A stretch of DNA of 64,000 bases, taken from positions 8,905,888-8,969,887 of the forward strand of contig NC_092676.1 in assembly GCF_964355755.1 (NCBI RefSeq), read 5' to 3'. Positions within the stretch are counted from its first letter, which is position 1; each line of letters begins with the position of its first letter. Below the pieces are notes generated by a model. The model made no database searches, was not told the origin of the DNA, and was given only the letters and a program-made list of their open reading frames with translations. The position numbers and the translations under genes are program-made. Positions 37,974 to 52,592 of this stretch are shown here, piece after piece. Origin of the DNA: Antedon mediterranea (Eukaryota; Animalia; Echinodermata).

Positions 37974-40784
37974 CATTATTAATTTTGCTACATTGACCGT
38001 ACTAGCTTGTTAAAGTTCAAATGTATGTTTATTAATCCTCTCCTTTTTCTCTCTCATTAAGTTACTTTCTTATTGCAAAAGAGTGAAAATATCACTCGTT
38101 ATTTAGAGTTCAACTAAACAATGAATAGCCTAGCTTAACATTTAGTTATTATTAATTCACGTCATATATAATACTCAACAATCAATTTCCATTAATACAT
38201 TAATAATAAATTACTTTATTTAAAACAAAAGCATTATTGTTGTATTTTAACAATCATAATTTTTTCTAAAGATTGAACCTGAACCAGACTCAGAAAGGAA
38301 TGTAAAAGCTGGTGCTAGAATGGGTTATTTTTGTAAGTGGCAGAAAAACAATAACATCCGTGACATTTACCCAGACATTGCTGCTATTGCAACTGTTACT
38401 AGGTACGTGATGTGTTACAAAATTATTGAAATATTGTTTTCTTTTAGTTGAGCTTTTCTTAGGTTGTTAGTTTTGTCAGAAATATAATAATGCCTCCGGG
38501 CGATGTGTTATGGGATATATGACGCACTTCTGATGGTAAACGTGTCAGATGAATAGCAACGGACCATTGGCTTATTATCAAATATTTAAAGGTGATTTGT
38601 TTTAATGAATAATAAGTATGTCTTGCTAAATGGGTGTAATCTCTTCTTGCAGTTTTTACTTTATTTATTGGTTATACCAGTTTTTGTTGTGTTTTGCTTG
38701 CATTTTTTTTATTAACCATTGTCTTTACTCACCATCGTCTTTTCTCACCATTATAGAGGGATTGGTTTTATGGCAGGGTACCCGATTCTTTCAATAGACA
38801 TATAGTGTGACTCGCTTTTGGTACTTGCAAGAAGAGACAACTTGCTAAAAACTAGATTTTACATGGAAAAATTTAAATTACAAATTAGAGGGCGCTATAA
38901 AATTTTACTCATACCAGGGAAGGGTGAACTCATACATGCAATTGTCAACTAAAATGCTAACTTACAAATAAAAGAGAAAACTTAAAGCTAACCCATTATC
39001 ATTAAAAAATTCATTCTACAAATTCTAATTCAACAAACATTTATTTCATTAACTGCCATACAAATAATACAGAGCATAAAAATGACGACCAACCTAGAAG
39101 TAAACTTGTCTCTGTTGGCCATTTAACATGAATAATGAAGCATCAATAAGAATATATAATATAAAATGAATTGTTTAATATTTAAATTAAAGATATTCTT
39201 TATTTTTGATTTGTTTTTTGATTGACAATTTTTTTTCTCATATATATTAATATTAATAATTGATATTAAGCATTACAGAAAATATAACCTAAACAAGCTA
39301 AGTTAGTTCTTCATACATATACATTCTTTTACACAGCTATCCAATGGGTTTTAACGGACTGGCCTTAATAGGAACCGCCTGCTAACCGGGATGCTCTATC
39401 AATAAGGACAGGTCTTCTTATACAGGAGTCATAATAGCACACGTAATAGGACATAAGTAAGGCATACAATTTAAATATATTTAACACATTTTACTTAAAT
39501 TACTTTTAATTAAATTATATCTAAATCCAATGAAATTATTAAATGACAAATGAAGATTAATAATCCAAAATCAGACTGAATAGACCATTTAAGTTTTATT
39601 TAGTAAATTTGTTCATAGGAAAAAGCCCAAAATAAAGATTTTTATTATAAACAAAAAAAATAAACGGTTAAATCTATCAAAAACTCATTGTCTGACAACA
39701 AATTTGAGTATTTTTGTTTCAAAATCAAATTTTTGGTCAAAGTGAAAAACGGTGGCATTAAAATGCACACGATGGTCTGTTAAACTAATTTAGTTAATTG
39801 AGATTATAACAGCAATCGTATAATATTTATTATTAATGTATTGTTTTTATAATTATGTTTTATTAGCCTTGGAATGTCGCATGATGGTGTAAAAAGCAAT
39901 TGGTCGGGCAACAATAACAACATTATGGCGCCGTATTCGGCAAGGTCCGCGCTCTCTACGCAGTGGTCAACGTGCAGTGCCAATCACCTGAAATCATTTC
40001 TAAAGTAAGTGTTATCGGTCTATATTTGATCATCAATCATCTCTCTGTAGTAATAGCCTACGGTACTGAATCTAGCATATGAGCGGGACAAAATTGTAGT
40101 TTTTCAGTTTTAAATGAATGTATATGTTGTCCTGATAACGTACAACAAATCAACTCTCCTTCATCCATCTCATATGCAAATGAGCATAAATATGCAAGTA
40201 CTTATACAACCCATATTTTATCATATCATAGGCCTATCATTTATTTCGCCAAACAAAGTACAAATGAAGACATAAAAACCATTACAAAGGTAAATCAATG
40301 AGCCAGGATCACCTAAAAGTTAAAAATAATAAAAAATAACCGTCGAGAGGCTCTCCTTCACGTTATCTCCCAAACTAACCCATTTATTACAATTTTGTTG
40401 CAAATCCTATGTTTTTATACCCAATGTACACATTGAAAACATTGCCAGTGATGAAATACCATGTATAACAGGTGAAAACGTCACGCTTGAGTGATTTTTG
40501 CTTCTGGATAATCGACTACATTTTCTAAATAAACATAGTACAGTACTATGCATACCGTAAAACCTTGAAAAGAAGCCAATCTAAAAAGAAAGCTTCCCTC
40601 GAAGAGAAGCCCATCTCGAAAAGAAGGACTCCCTAAAAAAGAAACCCTATCTCGAAAAGAAGGCCTCTCTTGAAAAAAGCCCATCTCGAAATCAAGACCA
40701 CTTGGCTTCTTTCTTTTGTGTTTTTAAACGAAGTCTCATTTGAGGCTTGGGGAGTTGGAGTTGAAATTGTCATGAGTTACAACT

Positions 40785-40857
40785 GGCACTAGGTCAGGAT
40801 TGAACCATTGAGCTTTGAATTGGAAGGCAAGCACGTTTAACCACCAAGCTATAGCTC
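40785..40857 (-). mobile_element. tRNA-derived SINE head
   Basis: Minus strand TAGCTTGGTGGTTA (A box) .. GGTTCAATCC (B box). Confidence 0.55.
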
Positions 40858-41044
40858 TACTTTAATGGAGTTTTCAAGATGGTATGGTGTTCTTTTCGAG
40901 AACTGTTTAAGGAAATTATAAAAAAAGAAAAGTGTTTAATTATTGCGAAGAGCAAAATGCAGACATGATATTCTTACAGGAAATGCATTTCGATAAAAAG
41001 AAAAAATCTATAGATTTGTTGTGGAAAAGCGAAAGTTACCATAG

Positions 41045-42452
41045 TGTAACTGCTCTTGGGCTCAGAGCAAGTTTGGAATGTAGAGGGCGTCGTTTAGTCA
41101 AGTCACACAAACGCGAACAAGGCAACACTATGACCATCAGTTAAACAATCTTCAATTTATTATGTTCCAACCGTGTCTGTCTGACTACCTTTTGTTAGTT
41201 CGTTCGGTGACTAAAATACAAAGTATAAATACAAGTTACCATAAAATAAAACTGAAGTAAAAGGAATCATACAAATCGTCACAAAGCACATGTTATAATC
41301 GTCTAACATAAATTCCTTCATTATCGTCATCATTCAATGCTTACGCTCAATTATTATATTAAATTCCGTATTACTTAACTTCTTCAGTTACCATACTAAT
41401 CATAGTAATACATTAAAAAATGGCAAACAATGTGAACAGTATCATCATCTGAATTACAGCAAATACAAACAATTAATTAACATGTCAATCAATAATATGC
41501 ATAGAACAATCCTTACGTGAATATGACCGCTCTAAGCCTAAAATCTTATGTCAATATTCTCCTTTCAAACATTATCTCAATTCTGTAACAATAATTAACA
41601 TAAATATATTGATAGAAATTTGTCTAAAATATAACACAACACATGATAAATGCATAGGAAATGTCAATTAAACTGATCATGAAACCATGATAAAACATGT
41701 CTAAATCCTTCTCTAATTAGCACGCACATAGTTTAGTTTACTTAAACGACACAAAGAATGCCTTTATTCATCCACAAGAAATATCTTGAATAATTAAGAT
41801 AAGCAGAGATCCAGTAATTTAGTTAACCAATCATTAACCAATGGCCAAATGCATCACAATACAATAGAACTTCCCTGCATAGCTAATGAATATTCATGAG
41901 CTGAGAAATCAGTCAGCGTACCATGCTACAGCGGTAAGATCAAATACGATATTCAATACATGGAATAGCTTAACAATTCTAGGCTTAAATCATATAATAT
42001 CTTCACGTCGATGAACAGTAATAACATGTGTATAGTCTAGGCATGTCTATAAAATGTTGAAAACAGTAATACATTAGTTAAATGCCTGTTTAGAATCGTA
42101 TACAATTATGCTCAATGTTAACATTCCATTGAAACAATGGACTCATCATGGCGAATATACAAATCAACATGTCAACACCTTATTAAATCTTTAATTACTA
42201 AGCGAATCGATTCGTAAAGAATCCTAAAACTACTTATTTATAAACTTTAACTCACTAGTAATCATCTGCAACTGAATACAATGTGTAATTTGGCATTTAC
42301 GCTCGCAAATCTGGCATTTTCTACCATCAATAAACCCACGTGCATCGACGACTGATGCTAGTTGCGCTCTGCCGACGCGAAGTCGAAGTTCGTTCTACCT
42401 CACAAATACAATTTAAAACGCTGGGGGCGCGCTGCATGGGAAAGATCTAACA
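41045..42452. mobile_element. Solo LTR (about 1.4 kb)
   Basis: TG..CA termini; 5-bp TSD CATAG (41040-41044, 42453-42457); removing it restores the L1 endonuclease frame. Confidence 0.85.
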
Positions 42453-42751
42453 CATAGTTTCGGCACAACAAACAGTAGAATCGTTTCAATACTGTTTAAA
42501 ACAAGGTTTAATGTAAAAAACATAACATGTAAATATATTGACGAGGAAGGTAGAATTCTCATACTATGTATTATTCATAATAAGACCAATTTTAACCTCG
42601 TAAATGTGTATGCTCCAAACAATTAGAAGGAAAGAGCAATATTTTTTAAGAAACTTGAAAATAAGATAAACATATTATGTGATGTAACTAATGAATACAT
42701 AATAATAGGAGGTGACATGAATTGCATATTAGATAAAAAGGTAGATCAGAA

Positions 42752-45700
42752 AGCTGTTCCAGAAATATGAATTAAGTGCAGCGCCCCCAACGTTTCATAG
42801 CGTTTTATGGAGTAGCGATTCCGAAAACATATTGTATACAAACCACATGAGGAACCCGGAAGCAATCAAGCATAAAACGACTGTTTTTTAATAGCCAATA
42901 AAAACAAATAAAGACCGCGAAAGTCAGAAAAATAATGAATATTCATTAGAACAACCCTGGATGAAGGTGAAAAACATGTTGTCGTCGTTTTATCACGTGG
43001 ATTTTAAGAGGTAATGTAATTGAAAATTGTACACCCAACGCCAGTTTTTTTCTCAAGTGATACATTTAAAAAGTAGGTATAAATGTTGTTTTCCATATCA
43101 GTTTAAAAATAATTTTTTATGTTGAATTCTTTGATTTAGTTGGATACTTTAGTTATCCTTGAATGTTTTAACAAGGATCGTATTCATAATTGCCTGGCTG
43201 GATTTTTTCCTATGCTAGCTTATAATAGGCTATGCCCAGGCCCCCTTGCGTGGTTAAAACCAGCTGTGTAAGACTAATGGCTGTTTATTTTTAACACGTA
43301 AACATGTATATTCGGGGGGCCTGAGTGACAGTTGACCTGTTATAAAGCTGATTAATTACTTGTTCCTGGTCCTAATTAAAAATGAAGCCTAGTCTAGGCC
43401 TAAGCTTTTTTAATAATCATTCATATTGGGAAAGGAGTACAGAGTAGGCCAGGCTACAGGCCTTGCTAGGCCTATATTATATATAGGCTATAGGCTACAT
43501 CATCAGCAGGTTAAAGGTTAGCAGCCTACCTAGCATGTCTTAGTCAAAGATCTGTAATATATTAATAGAAAGAAGCTATAGAGTACTGTGACATTAGATA
43601 TTTAATTATAAATGCATATTTCTTTCATATTTGTATTGTATATGCAATCACAATCTAAATCAGTAAATAACATCAATTTCCGTTATCAATCAATAATATA
43701 TATAAACCAAATTAAAATAAAATAACTTCCAAAAAATTAAATTCAATTACAATTCATATACCATTTGTTAAATATTTACAAAATCATTGTTCTAGCAATA
43801 ACACAAAAAAATACTACCATTCATACAGTATACTGTACATAATAATATGCAATACTGTAACAATTAACTGAGAAATAGCAAACTATTCCTCAACTTTTCT
43901 GCACTTAGTTACCGGCCTAGTTACTTCATGTTGGATCTCAGGTGAAATAAACGTCAGATGTGACTTCATGATTTCCCACAAAACTCTTTCCATGGTACTG
44001 CTGTCGAGGAATTTATTTTTTCTAAATACCTCGTCCATTTTTGTACATAGAGGTCCAGTTTCAAATCTCTTGGTTCATAGTAGTTCGCTATATAAAATAC
44101 TGTATATAAAAGAAATATGGCATTAATTTTTATAGTATTGCATGTTTTAGACATAATTTTAAAGGTATATAATGTAGGACTGACCAAGTCTTTGAACTCT
44201 TGTTCTTTTACATTTATTCTGTGGCCAGTCTCTGCAATCTTACTATGCTGTTTTGTCACAAGTGGCACTGAGAGTTCATTTCTTAAATGCTCAAGATTCT
44301 CTTCTAAAGACTGGATTTTAATCATTGCACTTTGTAGCATGTCGATGTGCTGCAGCTTCTGATTTTCTCTTTCTCTTAGATGATCACCTGAGATTAAACA
44401 ATATTGGTCAACCAAATAAATGTCAATCTGCATAAAAAAATGAGCATCAAAATTATTATATTTTCAAAATGTTAACAACTATTTCTTGTAGCAGATAATG
44501 ATAATATTTGGATAATTCATAGGAAAATAAGTTCCAGCCAAAGGTTTGCTTTATTATGCATAAAAATAGGATAAACAATTTTGAAATTCTATGCTCAAAG
44601 GGACAATGTATATTTAAAGAGCAACTTGACCAATTGAGTTATTATGTAATGTCAATGTAAAGTTGAAACAACATTTGAATTTACCAGTCAAGATGTCAGC
44701 AACCTGTCGCATGTTGAATATTATAACATATTGACACCTGGAAAAATAGTTGATTGAGGAAATATTTAATAAAGAAAAGAGGTATATTTATAAATTACTG
44801 TAACAATTGTTTGTTTCAACAGTTATTTTATACTAACATTGTTTTTTAATATGAAGTACAAACACACATTTCATTGTTTGGAGTGTGACACACTGTATTA
44901 AACTTTCTAAAGAGGTGGTTATGATTATTTACCTACCCTGTTTAATTCAATGTCTACCAGGTATGGCCTAACAACACTGTGCGATATTGTTTTGCTTCTT
45001 TTTTTTTTCACTGCCATGGTCTACAAAAAAACTTGTAGTCATGATTGTAGGCCTTGAGATATCTACAGGCTTGAGGAACATTGTTGGTTCTGATGTCATC
45101 TTGATTACAAAAACAATAGATGCAACTGTACTAATTCCTTTAAAAATAAATCAATTTTTAAATCTACAGTACTTCAGTTTTGTGTCCAAACAAATCCAAA
45201 CAAGAGATCTAATAGTCAAAATATTAAAACATTATTATACAAATGTATTACTACTATTAAGGCCTAGCCTAGGCTGTGACTGTCACTCAGTCACACCAGC
45301 TAGCCTAAAAATGCACCAGGAAAGCAATAATTATTATTATAAACACATGCCATTAATTATTTGGTAACAGTTATAATGATTAAATTTAGGATTAGGGTAA
45401 TTAAAGGTTTAACTATTACGAATGTTCTATGTTTCGGCCTAGCTTTATTCTAGGCCCACATTACCGTCACGGTCATCGCGGGCGTCAACGCACTTTCTAA
45501 GCCTATCGCCAAACCGTTTTCTTGCCGACAACAATAACAATGTATAAAGGGGTTGCAAAATATGCCAGTTTTACTAAAAACTGAACCAGGCTATATTAAC
45601 AAAACTAGTATTATTTTGTTTATATAATAATGATGGACTATATTCTAGTTCGTTCTTTTTCTAAAAAAATTAATTATATCCAAAAAAAAAGTAAAGAATA

Positions 45701-46063
45701 CAATGATATTTTCTACTTACGATTGTTTACCATTTATTTACACAGTTTATCTTGACTTCCTGGCTTATGTGCTGGAGAGTATTTCAGTAAAATGGACAAT
45801 ATCGTCGTTTATTTATTAATTTATAGTAAAGAAACAATAAAATATTTATTTTTTAATTGAACATACACTTTTTTTAATCGTTTAGTTTTGTATAAAATGT
45901 TTTACTACATAAAAACTCACGATAGCGAAATTTAATTTGGCGTTCAAGAAATAATGGTTTGTAAACAAAAATTATATGTCCGCGCGACTCGGAAGAGCCT
46001 CGTCTGCTAACACTGAGGGCGCTTGACTTTTTCTGATATCTTAACACTAGTTGAAACAGCTGT
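42752..46063. mobile_element. Unclassified 3.3-kb insertion bounded by AGCTGT direct repeats, containing exon-like segments
   Basis: Removing it restores the L1 frame. Ends AGCTGTTCCA / TGAAACAGCT are also inverted; sub-terminal CAGCGCCCCCA / TGAGGGCGCT; coiled-coil-like segment in ORF 43966-44433. Confidence 0.7.
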
Positions 46064-46287
46064 GAAAAACAGCGTGAATAGCTACGATAATTCACCAATA
46101 GCATTAAAAAAATGCATGAATAAGTTACATTTAATAATTGATATATGGAGACAAAGTCATAAAAATAAATTCCAATTTACATGGAGAAGAAAGGATACGT
46201 ACAGAATGTTAGACTTTAGGTGCATATCAAACACCCTTTATAAAAATTGTGACATCATTTCTGACATTCAACCTTGTATCTTCTCTG

Positions 46288-46903
46288 ATCAGTCTCTTCT
46301 TCTTTGAATAACGGCCACAGTATCAAAATTCTGGCACATTTATTTAGTTCGAACATGATTTCCGAAACTACATCGCATTTCATTTTGCTTTCCGTAAGTA
46401 TTTTCACCGTCCAGCGGCGTTCTTCTAAAAATGCTTGTAATTTCTCTGCTACACCAAGAAATTTACCGCCGACTATATTAAGAAATCGTACGGTTGCTTT
46501 TTTGTTGAAGGTGACCGCGGAGGCAACAGCATAGTTGTGCTGACCTTCTGTATCAGGTCGGTTCTTTGTAGGAAAAAAAAACACAAAAATTTAGAATACG
46601 ATTTGAAAAAAAAAATTGTTAGTAATAATAATAATAGTATAATAGTAATAATTATGTAAAAAAAAAGAAAAAAACTTACGAAGGGGGGATCTTGGCTAGC
46701 CTAGGGTCAAGCTGGTGATTTGTTGGCTTCGAGAAAATGACTGCTGGAAACATCTTGCTACAAGTGTGTAATTTTCTCTGCGGTTCTTCTGTGTTATTTT
46801 CTTCTGTGTTATTCTTCTCCTCGATGAAGCTAAGATTGTGTGAAGCTGTGTTGAATCCTCTGTTCTTTATATAGTTTTCAACTGATGATGGTGACATCAT
46901 CAT
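46288..46903 (-). pseudogene. TIR-domain adaptor-like gene, copy 1 (exon 1 46903-46680, intron, exon 2 from 46563, 3'-truncated)
   Basis: GTAAG donor and pyrimidine tract + AG acceptor join in phase 2; 2-nt insertion near 46476. Corrected reading: PYDFLIVGGKFLGVAEKLQAFLEERRWTVKILTESKMKCDVVSEIMFELNKCARILILWPLF. Confidence 0.65.
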
Positions 46904-46919
46904 TAACGAATTTGGGAGA

Positions 46920-47115
46920 TTCTGATTGGCCGGTTAATACATTTACAGTTTCATTTTAAAGTTTTTGTAATCTTACATTGTTAACTTTCACAGTTTTTTA
47001 TGCTTAAGCTAGGCGTGGCCGAAACAAGTTAAATCCATGCGCATGGTCAACAGCCAATTGGTCTACAATTGTACCCTCGGGAAGCCCTCATTTGCATTTC
47101 TCCGTGTATAAGAAA
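46920..47115. promoter_or_regulatory. H2B promoter shared head-to-head with the TIR-like gene
   Basis: Octamer ATTTGCAT (~47090), CCAAT (~47054), TATAAG (~47107) and a reverse CCAAT (~46925); conserved at 60305-60495. Confidence 0.7.
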
Positions 47116-47174
47116 TAAGCTTGTTTAACAACCAGTCACTTCAATTTTCTCATCGTGCATTAAAATTGTGAAGC

Positions 47175-48447
<1,273 letters not shown>

Positions 48448-48476
48448 TCTCCATTTTGCTACTTCTTAAACCGAAC

Positions 48477-48492
48477 GGCTCTTTTCAGAGCC
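48477..48492 (+). terminator. Histone 3' stem-loop (H2B) with downstream AAAGAG element
   Basis: GGCTCTTTTCAGAGCC-ACCA followed by AAAAAGAGATTT. Confidence 0.95.
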
Positions 48493-48761
48493 ACCACTTG
48501 TCTAAAAAGAGATTTATTTGCAATTCGTTTGTGTATTTGTCTTTTCTATTGCATAATAATTACTCATACTCCAAGGCTGTTAATAGCTTTTCTATGAAAG
48601 GTTTAATTTCCGTATAATCTTGAAGTCGTTACTTGGTGCCTTCATTAATTGGAAATTGATGGATATCTTACTGCAATTTGTGTATGAGCAGTTAATTCTG
48701 TCATTTTCTTCTTCAAATAGAATATTCTAAATAATGCTACATTCTTCCAGTATAATCTTTA

Positions 48762-50095
48762 TGCAGCCAAAAGTAATGCATTTTCCATCCTACTTATCAA
48801 TAAGAAAGCAAATAGTAACTGTTGATGATCATTGCTCTCAATCTTGTACTGTTACATGCGGGGTTCCTCAAGGAAGTATCCTTGGACCCCTTTTGTTCTT
48901 ATGTTTTGTTAATGACATGGTAACTTGTATTGATCCTGATTGTAAACTCCTTCTATACGCTGATGACAGTGCAATTGTTTATTCACACAGAAATCCAGAT
49001 ATTATTTCTAAGAAGCTAGGGTCAACACTAGACTCCTTGTGTGATTGGCTTGTAGACAATAGATTAACAATTAACCTGGATAAAACTGAGTGTATACTAT
49101 TTGGTTCTAAGAGAAAAACTAAAAATGTTAACAATTTTAATGTCTCAACAAATGGTAACAATATCAACACTAGTAATTGTGTCAAGTATCTGGGTATTGA
49201 CATAGATCAAAATTTAACGTGTTCTGAATATGCATGTAAAACCATTAAAAAAATTAATAATAGGCTTAAGTTTATGTACCGCCAACGTAAGATACTAAGT
49301 TGTAAGAATCGTAAACTATTATGCTCTGCTCTCATCTAATGTGTTTTTGACTATGCTGCATCTTCTTGGTTCTGTGGAACCAGTAAAGCTATCCAAAGAA
49401 AACTACAAATTGCTCAAAACAAAATGGTTAGACTCATAAAAGGAGTTGAACCCAGAAGACATATAGGTGCTGATCAATTAGACGATTATGGATTGTTAAA
49501 TGTAAAATATCGAGTAAAGTTCTTGCAAATTAGCCAAGTTCATAAGATATTTATGGGCAGAAGTGCTTCATACCTAAACGAAAACTTTCGTAGAGTCAAT
49601 AACTTACATGGTCACTTCACTCGTGGTAGTAAACTCAATTTTGTTGTACCTAAAGTCCAAGGCATAGAATGTAATACATTCTATTTTAATGCAATCAGAG
49701 AATGGAATAACCTTCCTGACTATATTAAACAAATTTCCAACACATCTAAATTTAAAACTGAATTGAAACAATATTACAAAATTAAACATAGATAAATTAC
49801 TATTGTGCCATTTTATCAGATGTTTTGCTTATATGCTTATATATTTATGCACCTCGTCTTTTAATGTTTGTTTTGTTAAAATTATAATTACTATCTTTTT
49901 AGGGACCACATTGGAATTAAGTTGTTTTACTTTAAACGACTTTATGTGTTTTCCCGTGCATCGTCAGACTTCATTAATCCCGCCATTTTTATTTGCTTTT
50001 TTGATGTATTTTAATATTTAAGGTGATTATATAATTATATTATTGATGTATTTTTAATGTTATGTATTGAGATGCCAAATAAAAGAAAGAAAGAA
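48762..50095 (+). mobile_element. 5'-truncated L2/CR1-group LINE
   Basis: GVPQGSILGPLLF, LLYADD, VKYLGI, EWNNLP; AATAAA and (AAAG)n tail; absent at the homologous site of unit 2 (~60636). Confidence 0.9.
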
Positions 50096-50924
50096 ATACA
50101 CATCTGTATTTTCTGATATAGATAACAATTTCAGAAGTCCATCAACAAAATTGTATTCTATACATCTCCCTAACACCGTTATGATTAAACGAGTATAATG
50201 AATATTAATGAATAATCTATCAGAGAGAGAGAGAGAAAAAAATAGTGTATTTTAATACAACACACGCAAACCAAGATGATGAGTTTGCCGGGCATCATTA
50301 ACATCGAATTTTGACAATTATTCATAAACAATATTACAAATAAAACAATTAGACATTTCTTTAAGGTCTTTTAAGCTTTAATTTTCTATTATATTTGTGC
50401 AATTCGCTATATGAATGTTTGTCTTAACCCGGACGTTCTGTTTAGATATATATTTTTTTGTACTTTCCCATTTTTGTATTTTTCTTTTTTATTGTTATAT
50501 TTTGTTTCTTTGGACGCACCTTAACAAGTTGAAGTGTGCCACTGATAAAAAAAAAAGTACAATGCTAATAAATTGTTATTATTAATTATATCGATGTACT
50601 TTACAAAGTTATATAAAGTCTAAACTAAAAAAAACATTCGTATAGCTACTGTCACTACCTAAAACTTTAATTCCCGAATTATGTATATAATCAAAATTAA
50701 AAAAAAGAGTAACACACTAATCATTTTTATCTAGTCACGCCCTTGTTATGAATAAAGCGTTAACAATTATCGTTGGCGCCAAAGCCCGTTGCCAATTCAA
50801 TCATAGGTTTCCGAGAGGGTGTATTGAATAGACTATTTAAATCGTGGTAAGTGTTAAGTTGGTATCATTTTCAATATAGTATTCCGAAATAGTGTAAAAA
50901 ATATAGCTATAGCTATAAAAAAAA

Positions 50925-51302
50925 ATGTCTGGACGTGGTAAAGGAGGCAAAGCTAAAGGAAAGGCCAAGAGCCGATCAAGCCGTGCTGGACTTCAATTCC
51001 CAGTCGGTGGTGTTCACCGATGTTTACGAAAGGGCAACTATGCATCCCGGGTTGGTGTTGGTGCTCCAGTCTACATGGCTGCTGTACTTGAGTATTTGAC
51101 TGCTGAAATCTTAGAATTGGCCGGTAACGCTGCACGTGATAACAAGAAAAGCAGAATTATCCCTCGTCATCTGCAACTTGTCATCCGGAATGACGAAGAA
51201 TTACACCGTCTTCTCGGAAGTTTAACCATTGCACAGGGAAGTGTATTGCCAAACATCCAGGCTGTACTTCTACCAAAGAAGACTCAAAGCAAAGTCAAGT
51301 AA
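50925..51302 (+). CDS. H2A: Histone H2A (open frame, but substitutions at conserved residues)
   Basis: 125-aa H2A with PVGGVHRC (normally PVGRVHRF) and IAQGSVLP; stem-loop at 51340-51355. Confidence 0.9.
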   Translation: MSGRGKGGKAKGKAKSRSSRAGLQFPVGGVHRCLRKGNYASRVGVGAPVYMAAVLEYLTAEILELAGNAARDNKKSRIIPRHLQLVIRNDEELHRLLGSLTIAQGSVLPNIQAVLLPKKTQSKVK

Positions 51303-51339
51303 ATCATCAAAAGCAAACATATTTTACTTAAGACCAAAC

Positions 51340-51355
51340 GGCTCTTTTCAGAGCC
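51340..51355 (+). terminator. Histone 3' stem-loop (H2A)
   Basis: GGCTCTTTTCAGAGCC with downstream AAAAGAGA. Confidence 0.95.
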
Positions 51356-51988
51356 ACAAAAATACTAAAAGAGACTTGATTAGTGATTTTTTCCTTATAA
51401 ATGTTTATAATTGTATAAATGTAGAATACCTGGCCTCAGTTAATAATATTATACAATACAAAAATTTCGAAAATCGGTCGTAGGTTTTGATTCTCTAAAT
51501 TAATATTTTGCCATTAGGTATCACATATTCAGTATGCGTTTACGACAACTTTATTCATTTAACTATTAATTAAATTAATACTGCCTTTAAAATTAAAGGT
51601 CAGATACATGTCCATCTATACGTTTTAATATTATAATTGTTCATTATGGAATAAATGCTGTCATCAAAAACATAATTAGCCATTATAAATATTTTTTTTA
51701 AAATCAAGAATTGAAAATTGCCAGTGCTTATTATATGTTCAATGAAACAGAATCATCTGAATTAGATCTCACATAATATAGAAAACGAATGTTTTATTAA
51801 ATGATTTAAAATAATGCTTTAAATGTGTATTTAAAGACAATAAAGAACACACTTTTATGAAACAAAAAAAGGCGACGAGATGCTTCGTCCATACACGTCC
51901 GCGATTGAGTAGATAAAAATGAGGTTCGTCGCTGCGTTCTATTACTCATCAACCAACTCAACTGTTTGGTAAAGTTAAAAGCTAAGTT

Positions 51989-52564
51989 ATGGCTGAACAA
52001 ATTAAAACTAAGAAGCTTGTTGTAGCCAAGAAGCCTGTTACTCTCCCAACGTACATCGACATGGTAACGGCAGCAATTGGTACTTTGAAGGACAAAAGCG
52101 GCTCATCTCGCCAGGCTATTGCCAAGTACATCCTAGCTTATTACAAAGTTGAACACACTAAAATGAAAACTCATCTTCGTTTGGCTTTGAAACGTGGTGT
52201 CGAAAGTAACAAACTTGTTCAAGCAAAAGGTACAGGAGCCAGCGGTTCATTTAAACTGAACCAGACTACAGCCAAGGCTGATGAAGCTGCCAAGGCAAAA
52301 ATGGAAAGATCAGAGAAGAAAGCAGCTACAGAGAAGGAAAAGAGTGTAGCAAAGAAGGCAAAACAATTAGCAGCGAAGAAGGCAAACAAACCAATTGTAA
52401 AGAAGGCTACCAAATTCAAGTCACCCAAGAAGTCTGAGAAAAATAAATCTAAGCCGAAAATGTCTATGAAGTCTCCTAAAAAGCCAAAGACAAATAAGCT
52501 AAAAAGCCGAAAGTTAAAAAGACATCAAAGAAGGTCGCCAAGAAGTGAAATACTGCTAATTTAA
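51989..52564 (+). CDS. H1: Histone H1 with a frameshifted C-terminal tail
   Basis: Globular domain ([29 protein letters not shown]) and K-rich tail; the expected end [16 protein letters not shown] lies in another frame after ~52495; stem-loop at 52577-52592. Confidence 0.9.
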   Translation: MAEQIKTKKLVVAKKPVTLPTYIDMVTAAIGTLKDKSGSSRQAIAKYILAYYKVEHTKMKTHLRLALKRGVESNKLVQAKGTGASGSFKLNQTTAKADEAAKAKMERSEKKAATEKEKSVAKKAKQLAAKKANKPIVKKATKFKSPKKSEKNKSKPKMSMKSPKKPKTNKLKSRKLKRHQRRSPRSEILLI

Positions 52565-52576
52565 TTCAAACCGAAC

Positions 52577-52592
52577 GGCTCTTTTCAGAGCC
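52577..52592 (+). terminator. Histone 3' stem-loop (H1)
   Basis: GGCTCTTTTCAGAGCC-ACCA. Confidence 0.95.

Larger units (their letters stand above)
31989..40004 (+). pseudogene. ADAMTS/reprolysin (M12B)-like metalloprotease pseudogene, multi-exon
   Basis: Phase-compatible AG/GT exons: 38272-38402 (..YFCKWQ..DIAAIATVT), 39337-39456 (GLALIGTAC*PGCSINKD..IIAHVIGH), 39867-40004 (NLGMSHDG..IMAP..WSTCS..FL). Putative signal-peptide exon 31989-32057 (MGLMQPTTALVLITCIFVVHSFK) behind CCAAT/TATA; weaker pro-domain exons at 32401-32461 and 34907-35036. Confidence 0.8.
40900..46288 (+). mobile_element. L1/Tx1-type APE endonuclease remnant in three pieces (40900-41044, 42458-42757, 46064-46288)
   Basis: Joined translation: ADMIFLQEMH..LWKSESYHS|FGTTNSRIVSILF..DEEGR..LVNVYAPN..IIGGDMN..DQKA|VK..IDIWR..FTW..LDF..FSD. 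Confidence 0.85.

Noticed and set aside
48450-50925. Histone H3 at its expected position between H2B and H2A
   Set aside because: No ARTKQTARKS or other H3-like sequence seen on either strand, here or at 60614-61463.
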